64,000 bases of DNA from an uncultured Gammaproteobacteria bacterium (GTDB lineage: Bacteria > Patescibacteriota > Microgenomatia > Levybacterales > GWA1-39-11): assembly GCA_964452165.1 (NCBI GenBank), contig CAYVKP010000001.1:204110-268109 (forward strand), read 5' to 3'. Numbering within the stretch: position 1 is the stretch's first letter; every line of letters starts with the position of its first letter. The translations under genes were made by a program, and so were the position numbers. Of the stretch, positions 45,279 to 55,200 are shown one piece after another. Below the pieces are notes generated by a model. It did not search any database. It saw nothing but the letters and a program-made list of their open reading frames with translations, and had not been told where the DNA came from.

Positions 45279-47414
45279 TTGAGCTTACAAATGTTGTATA
45301 ATCTTACTATGGCAAAGCGCAGAAAATATCGCAAGAGAGGTAGTTTAAAGCTCAAAAATGGGACGATATACATGCTTTTTGCCGTAGGCGCGATTGTTGC
45401 AGGTCTTGCAATGTTTGCTTCATATACTCGCGGTAACGAACTTCTTATAAAAATTAATCTATATCTCACTTCATATTTCGGTTGGTTATCAATTTTAATT
45501 CCGCCGCTTGTTATTCTATTCGGATTGATGGTTGCACGCGTTAAGGCCCCCTTTACGCGTCCCAACGTATTCTTAGGATACTTGCTTTTGATTCTTGCTC
45601 TGTTCGGTCTGTTTCAATCCGGTGTTGTTGGAGAACAGCTTTTTTCAGTTGCTGATTCGGTTTTTGGCAGTATCCTTTCAATGTTGGTCTTTGTCGCCGC
45701 AGCTTTGGTTGGGCTTATTGTATTCTTAAATCTTTCCATATCACAGGTTTTTGATGGTGTTGGATCTATTATCAAAGCCTTGATGTCAGGTGTGGCTAAA
45801 ATGGCCCCCCTTTTTAAGAGCAAAAAACAGTTCGGAGTCTCCGATATGAAACAGATAACTATAAAGGGTATGCGCGATGAACCAATTAAAGAAGAGCCTG
45901 CCAAGTCCGCTATTCCTCCAAAATCCCCGGACAAAAAAGACGGAACCATGAATGATAAGCTAGTTCTTAATAAGCCGCTTGAAATGGGAGTTTGGGAATA
46001 TCCACCTCTGTCACTTTTATCTGTTCATGCAGGTCGTCGTGATACGGGAGACGTCAAAAAAATTGCAAAAACCATTGAGGATACCCTTCAAAGTTTTGGT
46101 ATCAAATCGCGGGTATCTGAGATCAATGTTGGGCCCTCAGTTACCCAGTACGCCCTTGAGATTGCGCTCGGTACAAAATTATCAAAAATTACCGGCCTAT
46201 CAAATGATTTGGCATTAGCAACAGAAGCGCCTACCGGACAGATAAGAATTGAGGCTCCAATTCCGGGCCGAAATTTGGTTGGAATAGAGATTCCTAACAG
46301 GTCTTTGGAAATAGTATCTCTAAAAACAATGCTTGAATCTCCGCAGATGCAAAAGGCAAAAACCAAACTTGCTGTTCCGCTTGGACTCGACGTCTCAGGG
46401 ACTCCGGTAGTGGCAGACTTGGCTCGAATGCCCCACGTTTTAATAGCCGGAACTACAGGATCCGGAAAGTCTGTTATGGTCAATTCCATAGTCGCATCAA
46501 TTTTGTTCCGTGCATCTCCTACAGAGGTTCGTTTTATAATGATCGATCCTAAACGAGTTGAACTGACAGGGTATAACGATATTCCTCATCTTATGTCTCC
46601 GGTGGTGGTTGAGGCGCAACAAGCGGTCTCGGCTTTAAAGTGGGCGATGAAAGAGATGGATCGCCGTTATGTACAGTTTCAAGACTCTGGCGTCAAGAAT
46701 ATCGATTCATACAATGAACTCGCAGGATTTCAGGCACTACCTTACATCGTAATTTTAATCGATGAGCTTGCAGATCTTATGTCACTTGCCGCAGTTGAAG
46801 TTGAGGATTCAATTGCAAGACTCGCTCAAATGGCACGTGCCACTGGAATTCATTTGGTCTTGGCAACCCAAAGACCTTCAGTAGACGTTTTGACAGGTCT
46901 TATAAAAGCAAATATTCCTTGCCGAATTTCATTTAACGTTTCATCAATGGTTGATAGCAAAGTTATTATCGACCAGCCCGGATCAGAAAAATTATTGGGA
47001 CGCGGAGACATGTTGTATGTTCCGCCAGATCAAGCAAAGCCAACGAGAATCCAGGGAACATTCGTATCAGACCAGGATGTTAAAAGAGTCGTTAACTTTA
47101 TAAAATCTCGTGGAGTTCCGGTTCAATATACTACCGAGGTTGTTGAGCAACAAGTCCATCTTGGTCGCGGCGGAACTTCAGCAGGAGAAGGAGGAAGTGG
47201 ACGTGATGAACTTTTTGAACAAGCAGTTCGCATAGTTTGTGCCCATGATAGAGCCTCGTCTTCGTTACTCCAGCGCCGTCTTTCAGTAGGTTTTAATCGC
47301 GCGGCAAGACTTTTAGAGCAGCTTGAAGAAGCAGGAGTTGTAGGTCCGGCAGATGGCAGTAAGCCACGTGATGTTTTGATTCGTGATCCTGACCAATTCT
47401 TAAGCCAGTTGTAG
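45279..47414 (+). CDS. ftsK: DNA translocase FtsK/SpoIIIE
   Basis: N-terminal TM helices, Walker A AGTTGSGKSV, DELADLM, ATQRPSVDV and a C-terminal gamma winged helix. Confidence 0.9.
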   Translation: MSLQMLYNLTMAKRRKYRKRGSLKLKNGTIYMLFAVGAIVAGLAMFASYTRGNELLIKINLYLTSYFGWLSILIPPLVILFGLMVARVKAPFTRPNVFLGYLLLILALFGLFQSGVVGEQLFSVADSVFGSILSMLVFVAAALVGLIVFLNLSISQVFDGVGSIIKALMSGVAKMAPLFKSKKQFGVSDMKQITIKGMRDEPIKEEPAKSAIPPKSPDKKDGTMNDKLVLNKPLEMGVWEYPPLSLLSVHAGRRDTGDVKKIAKTIEDTLQSFGIKSRVSEINVGPSVTQYALEIALGTKLSKITGLSNDLALATEAPTGQIRIEAPIPGRNLVGIEIPNRSLEIVSLKTMLESPQMQKAKTKLAVPLGLDVSGTPVVADLARMPHVLIAGTTGSGKSVMVNSIVASILFRASPTEVRFIMIDPKRVELTGYNDIPHLMSPVVVEAQQAVSALKWAMKEMDRRYVQFQDSGVKNIDSYNELAGFQALPYIVILIDELADLMSLAAVEVEDSIARLAQMARATGIHLVLATQRPSVDVLTGLIKANIPCRISFNVSSMVDSKVIIDQPGSEKLLGRGDMLYVPPDQAKPTRIQGTFVSDQDVKRVVNFIKSRGVPVQYTTEVVEQQVHLGRGGTSAGEGGSGRDELFEQAVRIVCAHDRASSSLLQRRLSVGFNRAARLLEQLEEAGVVGPADGSKPRDVLIRDPDQFLSQL

Positions 47415-47428
47415 GCTGCCCCCAAATT

Positions 47429-48055
47429 ATGAAAAAACTCAGCGATATATTGCTTGAAACTCGAGAAGAAAAGGGGATAAGTCTTGATAAGGTGGAGCAA
47501 GATACAAAAATTAAGAAAGAGTTTCTTGAGGCAATTGAAAAAGGTGATTACATAAAGCTTCCTTCAGAAAGTCACGCGATGGGTTTTGTAAAAAATTATG
47601 CAAGATATCTCGGGTTACCTCTTGCATCAACGGTTCCGCTTTTCCGCCGCGAATACAGTGCGCGGCACGCTCAGCATATTGTTCCAAATTTTCGTAAAAC
47701 CCAACACAAATTTAATAGACAGTTTTTGTCCGCCAAGGTTTTTCTGGCAGCAGCAGTTTTCTTAATCGTCGGCATATATATTTTTCTTCAATACAGTTCT
47801 TTGATTTTCCCGCCTCGCCTGAATATCACTTCTCCACACCCAAATGAAGAGATTTCCGGGAACGTAGTTAATGTTCTTGGGCAGACTGATCCATATGCAA
47901 CAGTGACAGTAGATGGTGAGGACGTTTACGTTAATTTGCAGGGAACTTTCAGAAAGTCGATTTATATGTTTTCGGGAGATAGCAAAGTTGATGTTGTTGC
48001 CAAAAACCGCTTCGGCAAAACAAGCGAAAAAGTTGTGAATGTTAAAATAAAGTAA
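47429..48055 (+). CDS. RodZ-like protein (N-terminal HTH, TM, C-terminal DUF4115-like domain)
   Basis: HTH LSDILLETREEKGISLDKVEQDTKIKKEFLEAIE, one TM, C-terminal beta domain. Confidence 0.5.
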   Translation: MKKLSDILLETREEKGISLDKVEQDTKIKKEFLEAIEKGDYIKLPSESHAMGFVKNYARYLGLPLASTVPLFRREYSARHAQHIVPNFRKTQHKFNRQFLSAKVFLAAAVFLIVGIYIFLQYSSLIFPPRLNITSPHPNEEISGNVVNVLGQTDPYATVTVDGEDVYVNLQGTFRKSIYMFSGDSKVDVVAKNRFGKTSEKVVNVKIK

Positions 48056-48059
48056 TATT

Positions 48060-49403
48060 ATGCCGGATAACAATCAAATGATTGAATTGGATCCAAGAAG
48101 AAACGCACCAGACCAAAGATATATTTCTGCCCCTCCCGAAGCTAAACCTACCGGCGTTGTTGGAAGTGAATTGGAAAAAGAGAAATTAAAAATAGTTATT
48201 GTAGGTGGAGGCATTACCGGATATAACCTTGCAGATAGACTTGCCAGTGATGGTTTGCACCCTACAATAGTAAGTAGAACCTCCTCGGTTACTGATTTGG
48301 GGCCACGATATGCCACTCCAATCGTTAATAAAAGAACAGCTGACAGATTGGGAATTCCAATTGATCCGGAAGAAGTAGCGGAAGCCTTTAGGACTGCAAA
48401 AACTGGTCTTAGTTTGATGAGTAGCTTCTTAAACATGGGTAGTAAAATGTATTTTAGGAGAAATCCTTATGTTGCTTTGGATTTACAAAAAGCATCAGCA
48501 GACCTACATAGCGAGGTCGCCAAAAATCCAAAAGTTGACATGGTTAACGGCGTATTTTCTAACGTTGAGGTTCAGGGTAATAGAGTCACAGGAGTTAAGG
48601 TGAAAACAGACCATGGAGAAGAAATGCTTACAGCAGATTTGGTTATTGACGCGACAGGTAGAAATGCCGCGGTTGCGAAAATGGTGAAGCAGGTAGTGCC
48701 GGATGCAATAAGTGAATCGCAATTGGAGGGGCATAGGGTTCAAGTTAGTGGAGGGTATGTGGCCATTGATACTAATGGTCTTCATAATGCCTTTCCTAAC
48801 GTAGAGAAAACAATGTATGCAGGAGCTCTACCGAGCAATGCCACCTGCGTTTTGACACCAACTATCTTACAGGCAGGTAGCCGAGCAACCCATCTATTAC
48901 TCGTGGAAGGAGACCCTACGATAATTGGGAATGCAGATGAACAAGCTCGGAAAACCGCAGAAAATCCAAATGATATGAATTCTGTTCGTTTAGAAACTCT
49001 TCGTCTGCTCTCGAAAGGGTCTCAATGGGAAAAGCTTGTTAACAATATCACTTATATGGATAGACCGATTTTATTCACGCACAGAGAGGATTTAGTAAGA
49101 AAAGTTGATCACGTTCAAGGACTTGTTTTGGCCGGAGATGCGGCCGGGTACACTAATCCCTTTTTCGGACGTGGTCTAACGCACGTTGCGAATGATGTAG
49201 ACAGACTCTCTGAAGTATTAAAAAATGTCGACAATGTAAATAGACTAAACGAAATGGCAGCAGAATATAATAACTCACAAGCAAAAGCTGCAGATCGCAA
49301 GCTAAGCCAAATGAGGAGAAACTACAGAGTAATGCATGGTTGGAAGATGGCTAGAAGAGCAACTAGAATAGTAGGTAGAGCCATATCAGAACTCGCTCAA
49401 TAG
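48060..49403 (+). CDS. FAD-dependent oxidoreductase (geranylgeranyl-reductase-like flavoprotein)
   Basis: Rossmann IVIVGGGITGYNLADRL and C-terminal GDAAGYTNPFFGRG flavin motif. Confidence 0.5.
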   Translation: MPDNNQMIELDPRRNAPDQRYISAPPEAKPTGVVGSELEKEKLKIVIVGGGITGYNLADRLASDGLHPTIVSRTSSVTDLGPRYATPIVNKRTADRLGIPIDPEEVAEAFRTAKTGLSLMSSFLNMGSKMYFRRNPYVALDLQKASADLHSEVAKNPKVDMVNGVFSNVEVQGNRVTGVKVKTDHGEEMLTADLVIDATGRNAAVAKMVKQVVPDAISESQLEGHRVQVSGGYVAIDTNGLHNAFPNVEKTMYAGALPSNATCVLTPTILQAGSRATHLLLVEGDPTIIGNADEQARKTAENPNDMNSVRLETLRLLSKGSQWEKLVNNITYMDRPILFTHREDLVRKVDHVQGLVLAGDAAGYTNPFFGRGLTHVANDVDRLSEVLKNVDNVNRLNEMAAEYNNSQAKAADRKLSQMRRNYRVMHGWKMARRATRIVGRAISELAQ

Positions 49404-49504
49404 TGTTTTCGAGATAGAAATAATCCTCTCCGATCTGAATCTGTAGGCAGTTTTATATAGTTCTTCTAATTGCTTTTAATCTAGTTTCGTGATAATTTAT
49501 TACC

Positions 49505-49774
49505 ATGATCGATCCTGTCCAGGTAGTTTTACTTGTCGTCATAATTTTACTAACACTGTTGCTTCTTGTACTTGGAGTCCAGGTCTTCTTTATCTTAAAA
49601 GAGCTTCGCAAAACTGTCTCAAGCGCGACGAATATCCTTCGTAACACTGAAAATATTACGGAGTCGGTTTCCGAACCCATGTCGCTTATCTCAGGACTTC
49701 TTTTCTCTTCAAAGTCGCTCTCAACAATTTCAAAGATCTTAAACCGCATTAAAGACCATGACGGAGACGAATAA
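49505..49774 (+). CDS. DUF948-like small membrane protein
   Basis: Single N-terminal TM plus helical tail. Paired with a YtxH-like gene downstream. Confidence 0.4.
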   Translation: MIDPVQVVLLVVIILLTLLLLVLGVQVFFILKELRKTVSSATNILRNTENITESVSEPMSLISGLLFSSKSLSTISKILNRIKDHDGDE

Positions 49775-50171
49775 ACATGGAAAGGGTGGTAGCTCCGCAT
49801 TCTTCTGGGGACTAATAATTGGTGCCCTTTTGGCAACTCTGCTCACGACAAAAAAGGGTAGACAAATTCTCCACGACATAATTGAGTTGGGACTAGAGCT
49901 AATAGAAGAATTTATAGCTGATAAGAAAGAGAAAGTAATAAAACAGGTAGAAAAAATTGAGGAAGTTGTAGTAGAGGACAAGGTAGACGAGCAAGTTTCA
50001 GAAGAAGAACTGGCAAAAGAAGACTTAGAGTCTGAAGTTGCAGCGGAGGAAACCACACCCGCAGAGCCGGTTCAGGTCAAAGAAAATGAGGAAGTTGCGG
50101 AAGAGAAAAAGACGAATGGAAATGGCCACCAGAAAAAAAGATTATTCAGGGGAATAAGAAGAACAAAATAA
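49758..50171 (+). CDS. YtxH-like protein with Glu/Lys-rich tail
   Basis: GKGGSSAFFWGLIIGALLATLLTTKKGRQ matches the YtxH N-terminal motif. Confidence 0.45.
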   Translation: MTETNKHGKGGSSAFFWGLIIGALLATLLTTKKGRQILHDIIELGLELIEEFIADKKEKVIKQVEKIEEVVVEDKVDEQVSEEELAKEDLESEVAAEETTPAEPVQVKENEEVAEEKKTNGNGHQKKRLFRGIRRTK

Positions 50172-50247
50172 ACCAAGAACATCAAATGTTTGGTAAACCT
50201 CTCAAAATAGCCTTGGAGCCTTGCTTTTGGTATAATACCCAGAATCT

Positions 50248-51198
50248 ATGAAAAAGGTTGTTGTAATAGGTGGTGGAACAGGTGTTTTCACGGTTCTATC
50301 CGGACTTAAGGAGTATGAGTATGAGCTTGCCGCAATCGTCTCAATGGCAGACGATGGTGGATCAACAGGCGTGCTGCGTGAGGAGTTTGGGGTCCTTCCT
50401 CCGGGAGACGTCCGCCGTGCCCTCGTTGCCCTCTCAAATTCAGACAATAAAGTAGTTGCTGAACTTTTCAACTATCGTTTTGAGGAAAATTCTTCCTTAA
50501 AAGGCCACAGCCTAGGCAATCTTTTGTTAACGGCACTTGCCAGTATTAAAGGAAGCTGGCAAGAAGGACTGAAGGAGGCGGTGGCAATTCTTGACGTTGA
50601 GGGTGAAGTTATTCCTGTCACGCTTCAGAAAACCAAACTCCACGCAGAGCTTGAGGACGGTGAAATTATTGAAGGCGAGACAAATATTGATATTCCTAAA
50701 CACGACCCAACTCTCAAAATAAAGAGGGTTTTTCTTGATCCCCAGGTCAGCGCAAATGACGATGCGGTTCGTGCAATAAAAGAGGCTGATTTTGTAATTA
50801 TTGGTCCCGGAGATTTATACACGTCACTCGTCCCAAATCTTATAGTTGATGGAATTGTTCCTGCACTGAAGGAAACACAAGGTAAAATTATCTTTATCAC
50901 CAACATTATGACCAAATACGGCGAAACCAATAATTTTGCGGCATCAGACTTTGTAAAAGTAATGGAATCATATTTGAGTCAAGGAGTTTTAGATTACGTT
51001 GTTGTTAACGTTGAACAAATGGCTGGTCGAGTCCTCCAGCGGTATCAGGAGGAGCACGTAGATTACGTAGACTATGATAGTCAAAACTTTAACAGTCACT
51101 TTGAGACAATCACGGGAAAGTTTTTGAGAAAAGGACAGTTTTTAAGACACGATCAGGAAAAACTTGCAAAAGTTCTATCAAAAATAATGGGTAGGTAA
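50248..51198 (+). CDS. YvcK/CofD-family protein (gluconeogenesis factor / 2-phospho-L-lactate transferase family)
   Basis: VIGGGTG..., SMADDGGSTGVLR, PPGDVRRAL. Confidence 0.75.
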   Translation: MKKVVVIGGGTGVFTVLSGLKEYEYELAAIVSMADDGGSTGVLREEFGVLPPGDVRRALVALSNSDNKVVAELFNYRFEENSSLKGHSLGNLLLTALASIKGSWQEGLKEAVAILDVEGEVIPVTLQKTKLHAELEDGEIIEGETNIDIPKHDPTLKIKRVFLDPQVSANDDAVRAIKEADFVIIGPGDLYTSLVPNLIVDGIVPALKETQGKIIFITNIMTKYGETNNFAASDFVKVMESYLSQGVLDYVVVNVEQMAGRVLQRYQEEHVDYVDYDSQNFNSHFETITGKFLRKGQFLRHDQEKLAKVLSKIMGR

Positions 51199-51209
51199 CT
51201 TTCGTCTCC

Positions 51210-51827
51210 ATGGACAAAAAGGGAAAAGCCGCAAAAATCGTTCGAATTTTAAAAGAACTATTTCCTGACCCCAAAACTCCACTAAATCACACAAGCCCCT
51301 GGGAATTATATGTTGCGGTCGCACTGTCCGCTCAACAAACGGATGTTGGCGTAAATAAAGTAACTGAAAATTTGTTTAAAAAATATAAAAAACTCGACAA
51401 TTATCGAAAAGTCGGACTAGATGAATTCGAACAGGACATAAGATCGATTAACTTTTATAAAGGCAAAGCAAAAGCTATTAAAAAAGCCGCTGATATCGTC
51501 GGCGAAAAATATAAAGGGAAAATGCCCGAGACTATGGACGAATTGATTGCGCTTCCATTTATCGGACGGAAAACTGCGAACGTAATTTTGCAGGAAGCAT
51601 TCGGAAAAAGTGAAGGCGTTGTTGTTGATACTCACGTTCGCCGCCTCACTAACTTGTTCGGCTTGACCAAAAACCAAGATCCTGTAAAGATCGAACGCGA
51701 TTTAATGGAAATTGTTCCGCAAGAAGATTGGCGAGAATTCGGCCTCGGATTAATATATTATGGTAGAACTTACTGTACGGCCCGCTGCCGCCACACCGAT
51801 TGTCCCCTGAGAGAATTTATCGTTTAG
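51210..51827 (+). CDS. nth: Endonuclease III
   Basis: HhH-GPD LPFIGRKTANVIL, catalytic D in VVDTHVRR, C-terminal 4Fe-4S CTARCRHTDCPL. Confidence 0.85.
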   Translation: MDKKGKAAKIVRILKELFPDPKTPLNHTSPWELYVAVALSAQQTDVGVNKVTENLFKKYKKLDNYRKVGLDEFEQDIRSINFYKGKAKAIKKAADIVGEKYKGKMPETMDELIALPFIGRKTANVILQEAFGKSEGVVVDTHVRRLTNLFGLTKNQDPVKIERDLMEIVPQEDWREFGLGLIYYGRTYCTARCRHTDCPLREFIV

Positions 51828-54800
51828 CTCTTGTTCGGATGATGGTTCGAGTCACTTCTTTTACCGGGTTGAACCACATGTAGTAAACAACCGGGATAAA
51901 GAAAAGCATTATAAATATTGAGAATGAAAGTCCAGCAACAATTGCTCCTCCGAGACCGCGCCATAACGGGTTAGAAATAGTAATTGGTACAAGCCCAACT
52001 ATTGTTGTAAAAGATCCTAAGAATATTGGTTCAAGCCTTGCCGCTGCAGCATCAGAAATTGCACTTGAGAAAGGGAGGCCGGCTTTTCGATTTAAATTTA
52101 TACGGTCTACCAAGACCATTGCTTGAGTTACAACAATTCCAAAAAGTGATAAGACTCCAATGAGCGCCGGGAAAGAAAGTGGAGTTCCGGTGAGGGCAAA
52201 AATAACAAAAACTCCAGATATTGCGATTGGAATAATAAGCATGACGAGAAGCGCTTGACGATAAGAAGTAAACTGAATTACCATTGTTCCAAAAATCAGA
52301 ATTCCGGCGAGTAACATAGCTTGGAAAATGGATTGAACGGATTTATTATTCTCTTCATTTACTCCGCCCGTTTGCCAAGAATATCCTTCAGGTAAATTTA
52401 GCGAGTCGGCAAACTTTTCAAGTTTTTTGTTTGTTCCGGTTACAGAATATCCCTTAGTGATTCCTGCAGTAACGCTAATCGTTCTTTTGTTATTATGACG
52501 AGTGATTTGCGTAGGATTGGTTTTGAGTTGGAAATTTCCAAGCGCCGCAATGGGAATCTGCTCACCTGTCATATTGTTAATGTTGAGGGTTCCAAGTTCT
52601 TGAGGGGTGGGATTGCCATCTTTTTCTCTAAGAATTATATCCTCGGAATTATTTGAATTATTAAACTTGACACTATCAACGGTTGTACCCGTTGAATAAG
52701 TTCTAAGAGCAAATCCGGTGCTGTCAATATTGAGACCGTTTTCAGAAAGTTTGATAACATCCGGAATAAAAGTAAGTTTGCTGACTCCGGGCTTGATCGA
52801 TTTATTTATATTTACAACCCCCGGTTGAGACTTGAGATAATCACCGATTTTATCGGCGTACAAATCCAATTTTTGTAAGTCGTCTCCCAAAACCTGGATT
52901 TGAAGATCAGCTCCGGCCGGCGGTCCCCCATTCTCCTCAACCACAGATACTAAGCCTTTGGTTGTCTGATTTTTATACTTATCACGAAGTCTTTCCGCAA
53001 TATCTAGAGAAGAAATTTTCTGGTCGTTGGGGTCTGGCAAATTCAACGTAACCTGCAAAACATTGCTTCCGGATTGTCCGCCTTGACCGCTTTGGCCATT
53101 TATTGACCCGACTTCTGCTGTTACATAATTTACGCCATTCGTATTTCTTAAATCATTTGCTAAGTTGTAAGCTTCTTTATTGGTTACCTCAAGCTTTGTG
53201 CCAGCAGGTAATTCCTCCGTAATAAAAAGCAAATTAGATTTGGATTTTGGGAAAAATTCGTTTACAACAAAACCCGCCGGGACAAGAAAATAGGCAAAAA
53301 CTGTGAACAAGACAATAGCAATTATGGTCTTTCTTCTCGCCGATTTTGACGCTAGAATTCTTGAAATTACATTTTTATATTTTGCTCCAACTTCTTCAAG
53401 ATCAATAAGTCCACGACTTAAAAATCTTGAAAAAAATTCTCCGTAAACTTTTCTATTCCTTGTTGAAATTCTGGACTTTGTGGCTTCAAATATTTTATTT
53501 CTTATTCTGAAAGTAACAAATATAAAAGCCAGATAAAAAATAATAATGATTGGAGCAAGCGGATTTTTAGATAAAAGTGGATAAACAAGAAATATTAATA
53601 AAACTACTCCCAGCGTTTGCAGTAAGAGCTTAACTCTGTTTGGAATCCGGAGTTTGAGTGTCGCCATCATTAGAGGTAGAGTAATCAAAACCGCTATGGC
53701 AGTTGAGGAATAAAGAGTTGCAGCAACAACTATTGGAATAGTTTTGATAAATTCACCAATTATTCCGGTTGATAAAAGTAATGGAATAAATGCCCAAACA
53801 GTTGTAATTGTGGTGCTCCATATGGGAATTATGAAGTCTCGCCATACAAGAAGCCCTGCCTCTTGCGGAGTAAACTTTCGGGTTTTGTAATAAGAGGTTA
53901 TTCCGGTGATGATAACGATTGAGTCATCAACCAAAAGTCCCAGAGACAAAAGCAAAGAAAAAAGAGAAAGAAAATTTATTGATAGTCCAAGGTAGTACAT
54001 GATGGTAAATGCTGATAAAAAAGTAAGCGGTATTGTAAGGCTTACGATTAACGCTTGTCTGATTCCAAGGAAAATAAGGAAAGTTATAAAAACGAGAATG
54101 ATAGTGTCCTTAAAGTTTGATGTTAAATCATTGAATTGTTTGTTTACTTCGTTTGCAGTGTCTTGGACTGTTATTAATTTAAAATCTCCGTTGTAAGGCT
54201 TAACCACTTTGTTAACTATGTCTTTTGCAGTATCAGAAGCTTCGGTGATGTTTGCGGACCGTGTTTTAAACACTGAAAAAGTTACAACCCTTTGCGGCGG
54301 AAAGTTTTTGTCTGCATAGTATGCTTGATTTTGATTTGGAACAGCTTTTTCCGAGATGTTTGCAATATCCCCAAGCTTGACAATCTGACCAGCAAGATTT
54401 ACTGGAATTAGTCTGAGGTTTGTAACGTCTGTAGTGAAAGCATCAACTCCTATTGGGAACGAAAATCTTCCGGTATCCACGTCTCCGCCGGGATAAGACT
54501 TTAAGGAGGCTCTTATACTTGCTGAAACCTGCTGGGGATTTATATTGTATTGTTCAAGAGTTTCGGGCTTGAGCAATATTTGAAATTCTTGTTTATCAAT
54601 TCCCGATATACCAACATGATCAATCTTTGAACTTTCTTTAAGTTTTGCTTCAATTGTATCTGCAAATCGAGATAATGTTGCAGGATCAGACGTTGTTTTT
54701 AGTGCAAAAATCCAAACAGGTTGGTTTTCAAAATCAAAAGTTTGAACGATTGGTGTTTTTGCATCAGTAGGTAGATTTGTAACCGTATCAAGGGCGGATT

Positions 54801-55179
54801 TTACATCTTGTTTTGCTTTTTCAGGATCTGTCCCTGAAGTGAATTGTAATGTAATATTTGACACCGATTCCCCGGAAACGGAATCCATATCTGTTTTGCC
54901 TGCAACACTATTTAGTTTATCTTCTATGGGAATTGTTACTAAAGATTCTACGTCCTTGGGGCCGGCACCCGGAAGAACGGTTGTTACTGAAACAATTGGA
55001 ATTTTAATCTCTGGGTTAAGTCTTTTGGGGAGTCTTAAAAAACTTGAGATTCCTGCAACCAAAATAAATATTACCAATAGAATAACCAGGCGAATATTGC
55101 TTAAATATTTTGCCTTGAAAGATGATAAGAGTTTGCGATCAAATTTTAGATTTGAAAGATAAGAATTTTTACTTGGCAT
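51817..55179 (-). CDS. RND-family efflux transporter permease (AcrB-like)
   Basis: 1120 aa, 12 predicted TM helices in a 1+5/1+5 arrangement with two large periplasmic loops. N-terminal region aligns with AcrB-type transporters. Confidence 0.75.
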   Translation of the reverse strand: MPSKNSYLSNLKFDRKLLSSFKAKYLSNIRLVILLVIFILVAGISSFLRLPKRLNPEIKIPIVSVTTVLPGAGPKDVESLVTIPIEDKLNSVAGKTDMDSVSGESVSNITLQFTSGTDPEKAKQDVKSALDTVTNLPTDAKTPIVQTFDFENQPVWIFALKTTSDPATLSRFADTIEAKLKESSKIDHVGISGIDKQEFQILLKPETLEQYNINPQQVSASIRASLKSYPGGDVDTGRFSFPIGVDAFTTDVTNLRLIPVNLAGQIVKLGDIANISEKAVPNQNQAYYADKNFPPQRVVTFSVFKTRSANITEASDTAKDIVNKVVKPYNGDFKLITVQDTANEVNKQFNDLTSNFKDTIILVFITFLIFLGIRQALIVSLTIPLTFLSAFTIMYYLGLSINFLSLFSLLLSLGLLVDDSIVIITGITSYYKTRKFTPQEAGLLVWRDFIIPIWSTTITTVWAFIPLLLSTGIIGEFIKTIPIVVAATLYSSTAIAVLITLPLMMATLKLRIPNRVKLLLQTLGVVLLIFLVYPLLSKNPLAPIIIIFYLAFIFVTFRIRNKIFEATKSRISTRNRKVYGEFFSRFLSRGLIDLEEVGAKYKNVISRILASKSARRKTIIAIVLFTVFAYFLVPAGFVVNEFFPKSKSNLLFITEELPAGTKLEVTNKEAYNLANDLRNTNGVNYVTAEVGSINGQSGQGGQSGSNVLQVTLNLPDPNDQKISSLDIAERLRDKYKNQTTKGLVSVVEENGGPPAGADLQIQVLGDDLQKLDLYADKIGDYLKSQPGVVNINKSIKPGVSKLTFIPDVIKLSENGLNIDSTGFALRTYSTGTTVDSVKFNNSNNSEDIILREKDGNPTPQELGTLNINNMTGEQIPIAALGNFQLKTNPTQITRHNNKRTISVTAGITKGYSVTGTNKKLEKFADSLNLPEGYSWQTGGVNEENNKSVQSIFQAMLLAGILIFGTMVIQFTSYRQALLVMLIIPIAISGVFVIFALTGTPLSFPALIGVLSLFGIVVTQAMVLVDRINLNRKAGLPFSSAISDAAAARLEPIFLGSFTTIVGLVPITISNPLWRGLGGAIVAGLSFSIFIMLFFIPVVYYMWFNPVKEVTRTIIRTRAKR

Positions 55180-55200
55180 AAGAGTTTGGTCAAGGTTGTG